From Octopus vulgaris (Eukaryota): a DNA stretch of 64,000 bases. The stretch spans positions 153,016,001-153,080,000 of the forward strand of contig OX597815.1 in NCBI GenBank assembly GCA_951406725.2, given 5' to 3'. The notes beneath the pieces were generated by a model, which ran no database searches, was not told the origin of the DNA, and worked only from the letters and a program-made list of their open reading frames with translations. The stretch's first letter is position 1. Each line of letters starts with the position of its first letter. The translations under genes and the position numbers were made by a program. Of the stretch, positions 26,324-39,087 are shown in pieces.

Positions 26324-26518
26324 TAATATATTATTACTCTTAATATTAGGAAATCAATATCAAAACTCCTCAGAAAGATATACACGTGTGAAAATAGTTG
26401 TATTAAAAATATATAAATAAACATATATAAATATGTATAAAAATATATGTAATTATGTATAAGTATAAATATATAAGGTATATGACAGTTGAAAAGTTTT
26501 GAATTAATTATTTAAGGC

Positions 26519-26608
26519 ATCTTAAGATTGTTTCACAAAAGAGTTGTCCCTATAATGAAATCCTATATTGATAAGCATTTATAGACAACGCTTTTGCTCT
26601 TCACAGAT
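26519..26608 (-). ncRNA. Hammerhead motif in downstream pLTR
   Basis: atct-GTGAAGA-gcaaaag...cttttgt-GAAA-caatc-TTA-agat, with a long stem II. Confidence 0.55.
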
Positions 26609-27358
26609 ATAAAATATGAATATCGTATAACATATCGAATGATTGTTTTTATCAAAACAATTTGAAGTAAAACTGTAAAATGGTATTTGTTGGAAAGATA
26701 AATTGAAAATTAAAAATTACTACTTTTGGTGAGAGTCTTTAAATCCATATATACGTCCTTGGTTATTCTTCTGCAATAATCCATAATATTCATATGTAAA
26801 ATCCGTCATATTATCTTGTATTCCAAATATAGTTCATATAGTTAGATTAGAAAGGTGAAATTTGTATATACTTTAGTATGAGAATCTTGAAATTCATATG
26901 TCTTCTTGTTAATTCCTCTGTAGCAATCCATAATACTTTTGTCTTGCTAATTCCTCTGTATCAATCCATAATACTTTTGTATAAAATTCATTATATTATC
27001 CGGTAATCCAAATATAGTTCATAATACAGAATCAAAATTATATTTTAAATTAAATAGGAAATTATAAACTGGTCAAAATATTTATTTTATATTTTCATTT
27101 CTATAATTGGAAGACGCCAATTAAAATTTTAGATTTTTAAATCTGATGCAATTATAACTGTCCATTTGTTATAGATTAGATATACCCGGGTTCTAATTCC
27201 AAGAATATCTATTCAATCTTTATTTAATGTATAATTTATAATTTGTCTTGCAAATTTGCTTATAGTCAAATAATTCTAATCAGTTTATCTATCTATCTAT
27301 TTGTAAGTATCACCCTATATTTTAATGTCACAAAAAAGGGAGAATCTATGTATATTTA

Positions 27359-28103
27359 TTAATCTAAATCTTTATTAGATTTCCGATAATATTTAAAGGT
27401 TTTATATAACCTGTGCCTACATGTTGAAAGTGCTTCTGATTGACAATTTATTAAGTTCTTATGTTTATACAATAATATATACCGTGATTCTTCCATACCA
27501 GAGACAGCAACTATTAGATTTATGCGTATATGGTATGGCTGAATCTTTTATAGTCCATTCCAATTTATATTTAATTTTGTTTTTCTTTAGTTTATGTATA
27601 TATGTAGCTAATGACGTCGTATTGGTGGCTGTATTTGGCTTAAAGGAGTGTATATGCGCTAAAAATATTTGCTTAAAATTAACGGAATTACCTATATATA
27701 CACCTTACTTTGTGAATTATTAATTAATGTAGCTCTGCATTTGTATATTACATTAAATCTTCTATAATTGCCTTTTAAAGGACATATTTTTTATTTTTAC
27801 ACGAGCAGTTCTTAGTTTGATTATTGTATTTCTGTTCATCTGAGTAGTATCTACTATTGTTATGGTTATTTGTGGTGTGTGGTATTATTGTTGAATTTAT
27901 TGTAGTATTATTTTCGTCGAGTTAGATATATTTATTGCTTTTAAATTATTATTTTTATTATTATTAGCATATTATCTAAGGCATTTTGTATATTTTCACA
28001 TGTTTTGTAGTTAGAATTTTGCTTGGGTTTTTTATAATAATATTATTGTTAGGTATTCCAGTATTATGAGTATCCTATTATTAGTTCTTATCTTATCATC
28101 ATA

Positions 28104-28148
<45 letters not shown>

Positions 28149-28459
28149 TATTGTTATTATTATCATTATTATTACGATTATTATTATTATTATTATTAAT
28201 ATTATTATTATTATTAATATTATTATCATTATTATTAATATTATTATCATTATTATCATTATTATTATCATTATTATCATTATTATTAATATTATTATCA
28301 TTATTATTAATATTATTATCATTATAATATTATTATCATTATTATTAATATTATTATTATTATTATTATTACTAATATTATTATTATTATTATTAATATT
28401 ATTATTATTATTATTAATAATATTATTATTATTATTATTAATAATATTATTATTATTAT

Positions 28460-28504
<45 letters not shown>

Positions 28505-30474
28505 CATCACCATTACCATCACCATCACTATTATTATTATTGTTATTGTTATTGTCATTATTATTAGGGCTGTTTCTATATTTGTTAATTTTTTCTTTTA
28601 TTAGAACATGCTATAATAGATCCTATGTTTGGTGTTGCAGAGAAAGATATTTTAATCGATAATCTATTAAATATATGATGATATTTATGATTCCGAGGAA
28701 AACTTTTTTGATTATATTTAAATTTTTTTTAGCTAGACCCTTAACATTTAATGAAAATGGAGGTGTGTACCAAATAATGTCTCTCCTTTCACTCCTATTA
28801 GGTAGTTTATTACATTTATATATTGATTTTGGGATTTGTATATTTTTCATTGAGTATTTATTATTATTATATTTAGTTCTTTGCCTATCATTATTTTTTC
28901 TAGTTTTTTATTGTATTGTGTAGAAGTTTCTTCATTTTTATTAATTGCATATTATTGTTATATTTAAGGTTATCTATGTTTCTTGTTTTATATCGCATGT
29001 ATTTTTGTTTAATTCCATTTGTGCTATGTAAATTTTTAATTTACTATCCTTTATGTATTTAATATTTTGTTTGAATCCGCTAGCAGCTAAAGCCTGATTG
29101 TAATAATTGGCATGATTATTAAAAATGTCTTTATTATGAGATAGGTCAGATATTCTAGTAGATATACTATTTACAATACATTTAAGTAATGATCTAAGAT
29201 GATTTGAATTAATATTTATATATTTAAGATATTCATTCGGTTTATGAAATGGAGAACAGGTTGAATTATTAAGGTCTAAGGTTACATCTAAAAAATTTAC
29301 TTTAGAATAACTTTCCTCAAATGTGATAGATAAGCAAAAAATTTAATAAAATTTTTGTAGTTCCTCTCTCAATTTTCCTATTTTTCTTTTAGATCTACCG
29401 TTATAGACAAGGAGTGCGTCATCTCTATACAATACTCCCATCAAAGATGGAAAGTAGTGTTTAGTCTCACATAATAAATATAATCCTACTAGATCTGTGA
29501 TTTGTGCCGAATCGGACGATCCCATTGTAATATCAAATAAATTATATAAACTATTATTACCAGATCGGCACCATAATTTGTCATTGAAATTAATTAGTGT
29601 TTTTCTAGCTAATAGGATAATATCAACTTCCGATGGTGTAATGTCAGTATGATTTATGGTTAAAATTATTGCTTTATTTAATATAATTGGCGATATTGAT
29701 GTTTAATAATTGTTGATGCCAAATTGTAAAAGTAATAAGTTTGTCTTATTAGGTAATAAATGGAACCAAGATATTACTTCTGTAATAGGTTATAATTTAG
29801 TTTTTTCTTTAATACAGGTATAATTTTTTCTTAAATATTCTTACTTATCCTTCCGATGTGCGACTTAGTTGGACAAATTAGTCTAATAGTAGGATTAATA
29901 TTAAAATCTAATTTATGGTCTTTCAGATTAAAATGTGGTGTATTGGGAGTATATATTTTTGTGCAGTGTTCAACGTCTAATTTACGCATAATTGTTGAAT
30001 GTTCTTTATTTATCACTTCTAAACTTGATGAATTAGTAATTTTATAAGATTTGCAGAATTCTTTATATAAATTTGCAGAATTCATGATATTGAGCAGGAG
30101 TAATAGAATATAGATTTCCTGTTTTATCAGAGAAAACGTGTATATAAGGTGATTTTATAATATTGTTGACTATCTTGAGTAGGATTCTTTTGATATTTGG
30201 AATAAAATGGAGAGAATTTTATGGATTTTATCATATCTAATATTGCATTTTCAAAGTCCATTAATAGCGGATTATGCGGAGGGTTTTTATATGATTTTAG
30301 TCCACAAGTATTATTTCTTTGGTCATTTATCGTTCCTTTGTTGTCATAAAAGAATGCTTTCCATCTCATTCGTTTAATTAAGTCATTTGTTTTCTGAAGT
30401 AATGTTTATAAATATGTGTCTTTGGAAGGAATTGGTATATCTTTAAGTGAAATTCCTAGATACTGTTTTTCCAT
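27359..30474 (-). pseudogene. Naiad-type RT + GIY-YIG endonuclease ORF (many stops and frameshifts)
   Basis: ORF pieces 30127-30369, 29831-30085, 29343-29525 and 28623-28850, plus manual translation of 27360-27820. Confidence 0.85.
28083..28566. repeat. (ATT)n/(AAT)n triplet expansion inside the PLE ORF linker
   Basis: Seen directly. It would encode poly-Asn on the element strand. Confidence 0.95.
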
Positions 30475-30817
30475 GCTTCACAAATTCAGTATTGAGTGCT
30501 TTTTTTATATAGAGCAAAGTGCATAAATCTTTAGTTAAATATATTCAATGAGAATATTATATACTGAATTTATATTGAGTGCTCAATTGTATCAAAGTAT
30601 TAATACTATTAAAGTATTTATATATTTAATACGAGCGATATATACATATATATTTTTTAATAATATATTATTATTATTAATATTAGGAAATCAATATCAA
30701 AACTCCTCAGAAAGATATACACGTATGAAAATAGTTGTATTAAAAATGTGTAAATAAATATATATAGATATGTATGAAAATATATGTAATTATGTATAAG
30801 TATAAATATATAATGTA

Positions 30818-31330
30818 CAAGCAGTATCGCCCGGCGTTGCTCGGGTTTGTAAGGGAAATAACTATATAAGCATTTTTAGAGAGTTACTTCCCTTATAGAT
30901 GCCAATTCGGGCTTTCTTAGCCATTTCTGTTTTGGTGTCTTCAAGCCATGAAGTCGTTGTTCTAAAAGAACGCTGGTCTCCTTGACAACGCTTTACGACG
31001 TTGATTTCCTTACACTCCCTTCCCCACAGCTTCACGAGGGAGGGAAGAAGGGGGAGAAGCAAACAGGTGCAGGTGTGACCATGGACGCCAACTCCGCCGC
31101 CATCGACACACGAAAAATTATGCATTAAAATGGAATAAAAAATGATGTTAAATTATTTTTAAAATCGTAGACTCATCGTAGACGCGCGCTAATACTCAGA
31201 CGGGCTCGATATGAATCACGACTATAAGATACCCGAATTTGGTTAAACTGCACCGCAACATGTGGGAGTAGTTAGGAATCTAAATCCAAGGGGACAGACA
31301 CTCACACAACTACAGTTTTATATATATAGA
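30818..31330 (-). mobile_element. Non-autonomous Helitron inserted in the upstream pLTR
   Basis: Absent from the other pLTR copy (empty site GGTA|TATGAC at 26477-26486). On the minus strand it starts TC and ends with hairpin CCCGAGCAACGCCGGG then CTTG (CTAG variant). A|T target, no TSD. Confidence 0.92.
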
Positions 31331-31368
31331 TATGACAATTTAAAAGTTTTGAATTAATCATTTAAAGC

Positions 31369-31458
31369 ATCTTACAATCGTTTCACAAAAGAGTTGTCCC
31401 TATAGTAAAATCCTATATTGACAAGCATTTATAGACAACGCTTTTGCTCTTCACAGAT
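31369..31458 (-). ncRNA. Hammerhead motif in upstream pLTR
   Basis: atct-GTGAAGA-gcaaaagcgttgtc...gacaactcttttgt-GAAA-cgatt-GTA-agat. Confidence 0.65.
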
Positions 31459-33084
31459 ATAAAATATGAATATTATATAACATATCGAATGATAGTTTTT
31501 TTTTTAAATTGAAGTAAAACTGTAAAATGGTGTTTGTTTGAAAGATAATTTAAAAATTAAAAATTACTACTTTTGATGAGAGTTTTTAAATGCATATATA
31601 CTTCCTTGGTTATTCTTCTGCAATAATCCATAATATTCATATGTAAAATCCGTCATATTATCTTGTATTCCAAATATAGTTCATATAGTTAGTTTAGAAA
31701 TGTGAAATTTGTATATACTTTAGTATGAGAATCTTGAAATTCATATGTCTTCTTGTTAATTCCTCTGTAGCAATCCATATACTTTTGTATAAAATTCATT
31801 ATATTATCCGGTAATCCAAATATAGTTCATAATACAGAATCAAATTATATATATTTTAAATTAAATAGGAAATTATAAACTGGTCAAAATATTTATTTTA
31901 TATTTTCATTTCTATAATTGGAAGACGCCAATTAAAATTTTAGATTTTTAAATCTGATGCAATTATAACTGTCCATTTGTTATAGATTAGATGTACCCGG
32001 GTTCTAATTCCAAGAATATCTATTCAATCTTTATTTAATGTATAATTTATAATTTGTCTTGTAAATTTGCTTATAGTCAAATAATTCTAATCAGTTTATC
32101 TATCTATATATTTGTAAGTATCACCCTATATTTTAATGTCACAAAAAAGGAAGAATCTATATATATTTATTAATCTAAATCTTTATTAGATTTCCGATAA
32201 TATTTAAAGGTTTTATATAACCAGTGCCTACATGTTGAAAGTGCTTCTGATTGACAAATTATTAAGTTCTTTTGTTTATATAATAATATATACCGTGATT
32301 CTTTCATACAGAGACAGCAACTATTATTTTTATGCGTGTATGGTATGGCTGAATCTTTTATAGACCGCTCCAATGTATAGTTAATTTTGTTTTTCTTTAG
32401 TTTATGTATATATGTAGCTAATGACGTCGTATTGGTGGCTGTATTTGGCTTAAAGAAGTGTATATGCGCTAAAAATCTTTGCTTAAAATTATAATAGATC
32501 CTGTTTGGTGTTGTAGAGAAGGATATTTTAATCGATGATCTATTAAATATATGATGATATTTATGATTCCTAGGAAAACTTTTTTTAATTATATTTAAAA
32601 ACTTTTAAACTTGTCTTTAAGAAGGAAATAGGAAATGGACAGAAAAATAGATTCCCTTTCGTCACGTGTCAGCGACGAGAGAGTCAAGGAAGAAGAGTGA
32701 GAGAGAGGGAACGGTGAAGAGGAGAGGGAAAGAATAGGAAGAATAGGGAAGGGTGGGAGAGAAAACCAGAAAGGATGAAGAACAAGAGAGGGAGAGAGAT
32801 AGATGGAGAAGAGATAGTAGAGATAAAAGAGTGCGCACCGTAAATATTAAAATAAAACTTACTTGGAAAAGGATGCGTGGCGTTCGATCATATAATAATA
32901 TAAATAATATATAAATATATGTATATATACAGACATATGTACATGTGTTTGTTTTTTTCGTTGTTCGGAAAAAAGTTCGTTTTTAATGTTTTTGTTTTTA
33001 TGTTTTCGTTTCTCATTGTGTTCAACATTTCTTTGATGTCCTGTACCCATATATGCATGTATATATAAATATATATGTAGGTAT

Positions 33085-35640
33085 GAGGACCGGTTTGACT
33101 TTTCCAGGCGTCCCCGACATCTGAACATCTCCCCAGCCGAACTCTCGGCCCTTCGATGTCTCCGACGCCGTACGGACATCATCATAAAACCGGCCGACAA
33201 GGGTGGTGTGGAGCGCGGACCTCTACAAAGCAGAAGCTTTCCGCCAACTTCAAGACACCTCCTTCTATTGTCCTCTGCCCTCCAACCCACGCCCAGCTAC
33301 CAACAGACTGTGTCCTCCTCTATCCATGACCTCATCTCCTCTCGTCACCCCCACCATCCCTAACCTCATTGTCCGCACCCCTCGCACCCCAGAATTTACT
33401 TTCTCCCCCAAATTCACAAACTTAATTCTGGCCGCCCCATCGTCTCCGCCTGCAACTTCCCTACCAAACTCATCTCCAGATATCTTAACCGTGTCCTTGC
33501 CCCTATTGTTGCTTCCCTTCCCTCTCACATCCATAACACCAACCATGCTCTTCCTTTGTTCAACTCCTTCTCCTTCCCTCCTGGCCCCTCTAAACTTCTC
33601 TTCACTCTTGACACCAAGTTCCTATACACGGTGATCTCTCACCACGAAGGGTTGTGTACATTCCAACATTTCCTTGACCTTCGACCTAACCCCCAACCTG
33701 ATACATCCACACTCCTTCGTCTGGCCGAACTTGTCGTCTTTAACTGCTTCTCGATCGCGGGTGATTTTTACCAGGTCTCGGGAGAACGAGAATGGGCCTC
33801 AACTATGCGAATCTGTTCGTTGGCTACGTTGAGGCCCAAATATTCTCAAGTTTCCCTGGTCTCATTCCCGAACTATACGGTCGTTATATTGACGACTGTA
33901 TCACTCTCCCACGAACATCTAGACTCCTTCTTCTCTTTTGTCAAATCTTTCCATCCTGCCCTCCACTTCTCCTGCACTATTTCCGACACTTCCGTCGCCT
34001 TTCTCGACATTTCGGTCAGCATTCATCACTCCACTCTCACCACCTCCATCAACTACAAATACATAGAATCACACTCATACCTAACTTCTCTTCCTCCTCC
34101 CATCCAATCCACACCAAACTCTTCATCCCCTACTCCCAATTTCTCCGTCTGTGCTGGCTCTGCAGTGACGCCCATGACTTTGAGACTCAGTCTGAACTCA
34201 TGGCTCACTACTTCTTCCTACGTGGATATCCTCTCATCACTATCGACACCGCCCTTGCCAGAGCACGTTCCGTGGACCGTACGCCCCACCGTCTCCCATT
34301 TCACCTCACCTACCACCCCACCCCTACCTCTCGAACGCATCATTCTCCGAGCCTTCCGGCGACTCTAATCCGACCCCTCCTCTTCGCACATCTTCCCTAA
34401 CCGACCCATCTCCTCCTTCAAACGAGTCCACAACCTTCGAGACCTCTTGGTCCACAGCTTCTTCTCTAACCCAACCTCCCAACCCAGCTGGTTACCCTGC
34501 TCCCACCCACGCTGCCGCACTTGTCCATACCACTCCACCCCCTCACAGGCACCCATCATCGACCCTATCATATAACTGACTCCTTCACCTGCACTTCTAG
34601 CAACGTCATCTCTCTGTCCTTCTCTATACACCGGTCAAAAGGGACGCCGCTTGGCTGACCGGTTCGCGGAACACCTCTGAGACATCAGACTCGGCAACGA
34701 CATCCCAGTCTCGCACCATTTCCGCTCTACCGGTCATTCTTTACAACACCTGTCTGTGTTCGGATTGTCCTTGCACAGGGCCATCCGGACTCCCGTCTAC
34801 CTCGTGAATAGGGATAAATCTTCTCTCTTCACTCCTTTGCGTTACATGGACTCAACTTTTCTCCTCTCTTCATCTAAACCTCCTCCTCTCTCCTCTCTTC
34901 CTTTCACACGTACTTCCATTCACCTCTCATCTCTTGCTCTGACACCTACTTCCTCTCTTCCCTCCCACCCACCTTCTCCCTTCCACCCTCTCTCTTCATC
35001 GTCACCCCTTCCTCGTTACCCCACTCCTACACATTCCAATCCCACCATTTCTATACTTCCCATCCGACCTCCAACGCATCTATTACACTCCACTCCTATA
35101 TACACCATCCATTCCCCACCATCACCCCAACCCACACCTTGCTTCACTCACTCTCGCCTCTCCCACACCCCAACACTACCACATCACACACCACCTCACA
35201 ACACACCACCATACCACACCATATCACACCACTCCGCGCACACTAGCATTGACCACTTTCCAGCACCCACACCAGAGAACACTACCACTGACCACTTCGC
35301 AACACTCACACCATCATCCACATACCTACACATGCACACACGCACACATCAAGGTCACTAGCTTCCATCCACACGCGCATACACGCTCTCACATACACAC
35401 GCATGCGCACCTTCATTTTGAGACCACCACTACTTTATTATCTGCCCTTCTTCCTAGCTCCCCTGTGTGACCCCTCTGTCCGGTATTCACAATGATAGAT
35501 CGCTAGCCACTAAACTTTTTTCTGTTTTCTCTCCCTGTTTATTTCTGTGTTCCTTTCAGTCGAAGAGCGTAGGCTCGAAACGTAAAAGACTTTCTCACTT
35601 CTCGAGCGTTAAACTAATATATCTGTTTGTTGTTTACACA
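33085..35640 (+). mobile_element. Penelope-like element (Neptune/Poseidon-type), decayed, 5'-truncated
   Basis: IIIKPADKG, RPIVSACN, LFTLDTKFLYT, MGLNYANLFVG, YGRYIDD, VAFLDI, CSHPRCRTCPY linker, SFTCTSSNVI...YTGQKGRRLADRFAEH (GIY-YIG). C-rich 3' region. Confidence 0.9.
35553..35588 (+). ncRNA. Minimal hammerhead motif at PLE 3' end
   Basis: cttt-CAGTCGA-a-gagc-gtag-gctc-GAAA-c-GTA-aaag. Loop-less palindromic stem III (ACGT); core altered. Confidence 0.55.
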
Positions 35641-36025
35641 CCCATGTTCGTCATTTGTTGTTTTGTAAATTCTCACTATACATATATTCGTCCTTAGTCG
35701 AAAGACAACTATTGTTATGTCCTGTTATTTGTATTTGTGCAACATTCTCTGTTTTTTCCCATCCTTGCTTTCGTATACATTCGCTGCTTTCTTCCAATGA
35801 ATCTAATACTTTTAACTTAGCCTTTCCTTGGGGCTGGCCAGGTTGGAGCAATCTCGATTATAACCAGCTGAAATTGCAAAGATAATATGGAACTCGACTG
35901 AGGAAAGAAAACTCCGAATGACCCGTCCTTGTTTTCTTTGTATCGTCTATCTGGATATTTTGTTGTCCCTTTTTTGTATCACCTAACTGTCCGGATGTTT
36001 TGCGTTCTTGTCCCATTTTGTATTT

Positions 36026-36104
<79 letters not shown>

Positions 36105-36106
<2 letters not shown>

Positions 36107-36506
36107 GCGCAGGAGTGGCTGTGTGGTAAGTAGCTTGCTTACCAACCACATAGTACGGAGTTGAGCCACTGCGTGGCACCTTGGGCATGTGTCTTCTACT
36201 ATAGCTTCGAGCCGACCAAAGCCTTGTGAGTGGATTTGGTAGACGGAAACTGAAAGAATCCCATCGTATATATGTATATATATGTGTGTGTGTGTGGTCG
36301 AATATGTTTGTGTGCCTGTGTTTCTCCTCCACCATCGCTTGACAACCGATGTTGGTGTGTTTACGTCCCCGTAACTTAGCGGCTCGGCAAAAGTGACCGA
36401 TAGAATAAGTACTAGGCTTACAAAGAATAAGTCCTGGGATCGATTTGTTCGACTAAAGGTTGTGTTCTAGCATGACCGCAGTCAAATGACTGAAACAAAT
36501 AAAAGA
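36105..36506 (+). mobile_element. tRNA-derived SINE (same family as 11773)
   Basis: Colinear match to 11773-12235. Confidence 0.88.
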
Positions 36507-36534
36507 ATATATATATATACATTATACAGTATAT

Positions 36535-36760
36535 GTGGAGGCATGTAGCCTCGAAGTTAGGGTGTTGCGCTTTTGATCAGGCGATCGTAGATCGCTAGAT
36601 TCCGGGACCAGGTTGTGCCTTGTGTTCTTGAGCAAAAAAAATTAATTCCACGTTGCTCTGCAGGCGGGAAGTGGAATGCTCGTTGGTTCGTCGAAAAAAA
36701 TGCTTTACGGTATATATTCCAGTTCTCTGCTTTTTGAGTTCAAATTCCACCTGCCTGGAA
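36535..36760 (+). mobile_element. Decayed SINE heads
   Basis: GGAGGCATGTAGCC...TTGTGTTCTTGAGCAA and a later GAGTTCAAATTCC B box. Confidence 0.45.
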
Positions 36761-37970
36761 AAAGCAGCTGAAAACCACTCCAATATTCTTCCCAAGTCTA
36801 GTCATGGTAAGTTCTAGAAATCTAATTAACGACAGCAGGGGGACAGTAGGGGCCCTTCCAGGTCGTATAGAGAGTGATGGAGAAGGTTCACATGCACAAG
36901 ACTTCCCTAAGAGCAGGCCACCGCTAGACATATGGAATGAGTTTAACACATTCGATTGTAATCAGACCTGATCAAATCTATTGCTGCAAGAATAGTCTCT
37001 GTAGAAAATTCTCTACCTAGACTTGTGTAAGTACACATTTTGTTTTGGACAGTAAGTGATGTAATTTGAACGTAGGACGCATGTTTCTGCGTCGTTCCGC
37101 CTCTTCACTTATGAAAACTGAGTCACTCACAGCCCGTTGAATATAGGTTTATAGTCATGAAAACAGCAGACGGACAGTTTTCTAGCATGCAAGTCGTTCA
37201 ATCAAGCTAAAATTAAATAATTAATGTTACACTAAACAGCATTTTCTCCTGGAACTATTCTTGCAGCAACAGGTCTTATCACTCGTGATTACAATCGAAA
37301 ATATTAAACTTGACTAGACGAATGTATTTTATTCAAAGCTGCATCGGTTAAGATTTTCTAAAGTTAAGTTTTTCAGTATGTCCTATCTCTTATAAGATAG
37401 TAGAGTTAGTGTGATTTTACTGCAATTTTTGTTATTTTTAGAAAGTCGAGTGGCTATGCAGAGGCACCTTTGTTGGTTGGTGTTGCCTTATGTCTTCTGC
37501 ACGGATGAAAGATTCATAATTACAGAACAATAAGTATTGTCGAAGAGTTTTTGAGACTAATTTTGTACTGTAGAGAAATCGAAGTAAAATCATATACCCA
37601 TCAATACATCATCGCATAACTATTTATTTTTGATTAATCTAGTGATTTGTTTCAAGTTAGAAATCAATATAGATTTATTGAAATTTATGGTGTTTAAATG
37701 TCATAACTTTTTAGATTTTATGTTTGTTTATATTTTGTATAACTTCATATACTTAGATATCAATTTAAATTTAATACTGTCATTTAAAGAATGAATTGTT
37801 TCAAATAATCTGTAAGTTACTTTAAGAACACACTTATAGTTGTTATAGTTGCGATATAATCTATTTAGTAGTATTGTATCCACTTACCAGAATATCTGCA
37901 TATTGAAGACTAACTAAAAAATTTTCTTGTTTGTTTCTTTCTTTTGATTCTTAATATATACATAGCGAAA

Positions 37971-38181
37971 GGTGGCGAGCTGGCAGAAACGTTAGCACGC
38001 CGGGCGAAATGCTTAGCGTTATTTCGTCTGCCGTTACGTTCTGAGTTCAAATTCCGCAGAGGTTGATTTTGCCTTTCATCCTTTCGGAGTCGATAAATTA
38101 AGTACCAGTTGCGTACTTTGGTTGATTTAATCGACTGACCTCTTCCCCACAAATTTCGGGCCTTGTGCCTAGAGTAGAAAA
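37971..38181 (+). mobile_element. tRNA-derived SINE (Meta/MESC-like)
   Basis: GGTGGCGAGCTGGCAGAAACGTTAGC...GAGTTCAAATTCC...GCCTTTCATCCTTTCGGAGTCGATAAATTAAGTACCAG. Confidence 0.9.
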
Positions 38182-38203
38182 TAATATATGACTAGTGGAT
38201 ATT

Positions 38204-38583
38204 CTTTTTTTATTCTAGGCACAAGGCCCGAAATTTCGGGGGAGGGGGATAGTCGACTAGATCGACCCTAATACGCAACTGGTACTTAATTTATCGACCC
38301 TGAAAGGCAAAGTCGACCTCGACGGAATTTGAACTCAGAACGTAAAGACAGACGAAATACCTATTTATTTACTACCCACAAGGGGATAAACATAAAGAGG
38401 ACAAACAAGGACAGGCAAACGGAATAAGTCGATTACATCGACCTTAGTGCGTAACTGGTACTTATTTAATCGACCCCGAAAGTATGAAAAGCAAAGTCGA
38501 CATCGGCGGAATTTGAACTCTGAACGTAGCGGCAGACGAAATATCGCTAAGCATTTCGCCCGTTTCTGCCAATTCGCCGCCTT
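38204..38583 (-). mobile_element. Dimeric/nested Meta/MESC-like SINE
   Basis: Head, core and long tail (38583-38361), immediately followed by a second unit starting at GTATTTCGT (38360-38204). Confidence 0.88.
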
Positions 38584-39054
38584 ATATACATATTGGATAT
38601 TAATATGGAAATCTGAAAAATAAGGACAAGTCCAGCCACAGAGTTGCTTGGCTGGTTCCAGTATTAGGCTAATTTGTTTAGACTATTTTTTGTAGGTCCC
38701 ATCTGATTAATGGTTGAGTAGTTCTATTTGGAAAGTGTTGCTCAATCACTGGATGTGTTATCGAATCACTCCATGACTATGGTTTGATAAGAAAGAAAAA
38801 AAATCCATTTCTCAAACCGCCTTTTGTACAAAATTAACTTTTTACTGATCAAATGTACATATTCTCCGATTCCCCATCGAGGAGTAACTTTTTTTTCTGC
38901 GCGTTAACTTTGTTTACTGTGCGTATAGTGAGTGAAACATGCACAGAACATCACTCACGTTTAAGACAGTATAGTTTTCGTTCCGGTAACTTATGATTGT
39001 CTGAGACGACTAGAAGCTGAGCGATTCGTAGACTTTACATCGGAGTATCTTTCT

Positions 39055-39087
39055 CCTAGACAGATGTTCTTAGAACATCTGTCTAGG
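39055..39087. repeat. Perfect 16-bp inverted repeat with 1-nt spacer
   Basis: CCTAGACAGATGTTCT-T-AGAACATCTGTCTAGG. Confidence 0.95.

Larger units (their letters stand above)
26321..32600 (-). mobile_element. Penelope-like element, Naiad-type, partial-tandem with two pseudo-LTRs
   Basis: ORF from ~30474: MEKQYLGISLKDIPIPS...KRMRWKAFF, LKDHK...RLICPTKSHIGRISK, MGSSDSAQITDLVGLY, LYRDD, WYTPPFS. C-terminal GIY-YIG: CSC...CPL.G...VIY...YIG...CCLC...CRH. Region 26321-27680 is repeated at 30658-32490. Confidence 0.9.

Noticed and set aside
26760-27030. Spaced short repeats resembling a CRISPR array
   Set aside because: Irregular sub-repeats inside a PLE pLTR, in eukaryotic context with no cas genes.
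27360-27820. Selenocysteine-encoding Naiad (in-frame TGA at Cys positions)
   Set aside because: The conserved Cys codons I could read are TGT/TGC; no in-frame TGA was seen at those sites.
28066-28662. Poly-Ile/Leu 'membrane protein' ORF
   Set aside because: (ATT)n expansion on the antisense strand of a PLE.
37971-38060. tRNA genes
   Set aside because: A/B boxes are present, but they continue into SINE cores and no full cloverleaf is evident. This applies to all the SINE heads.
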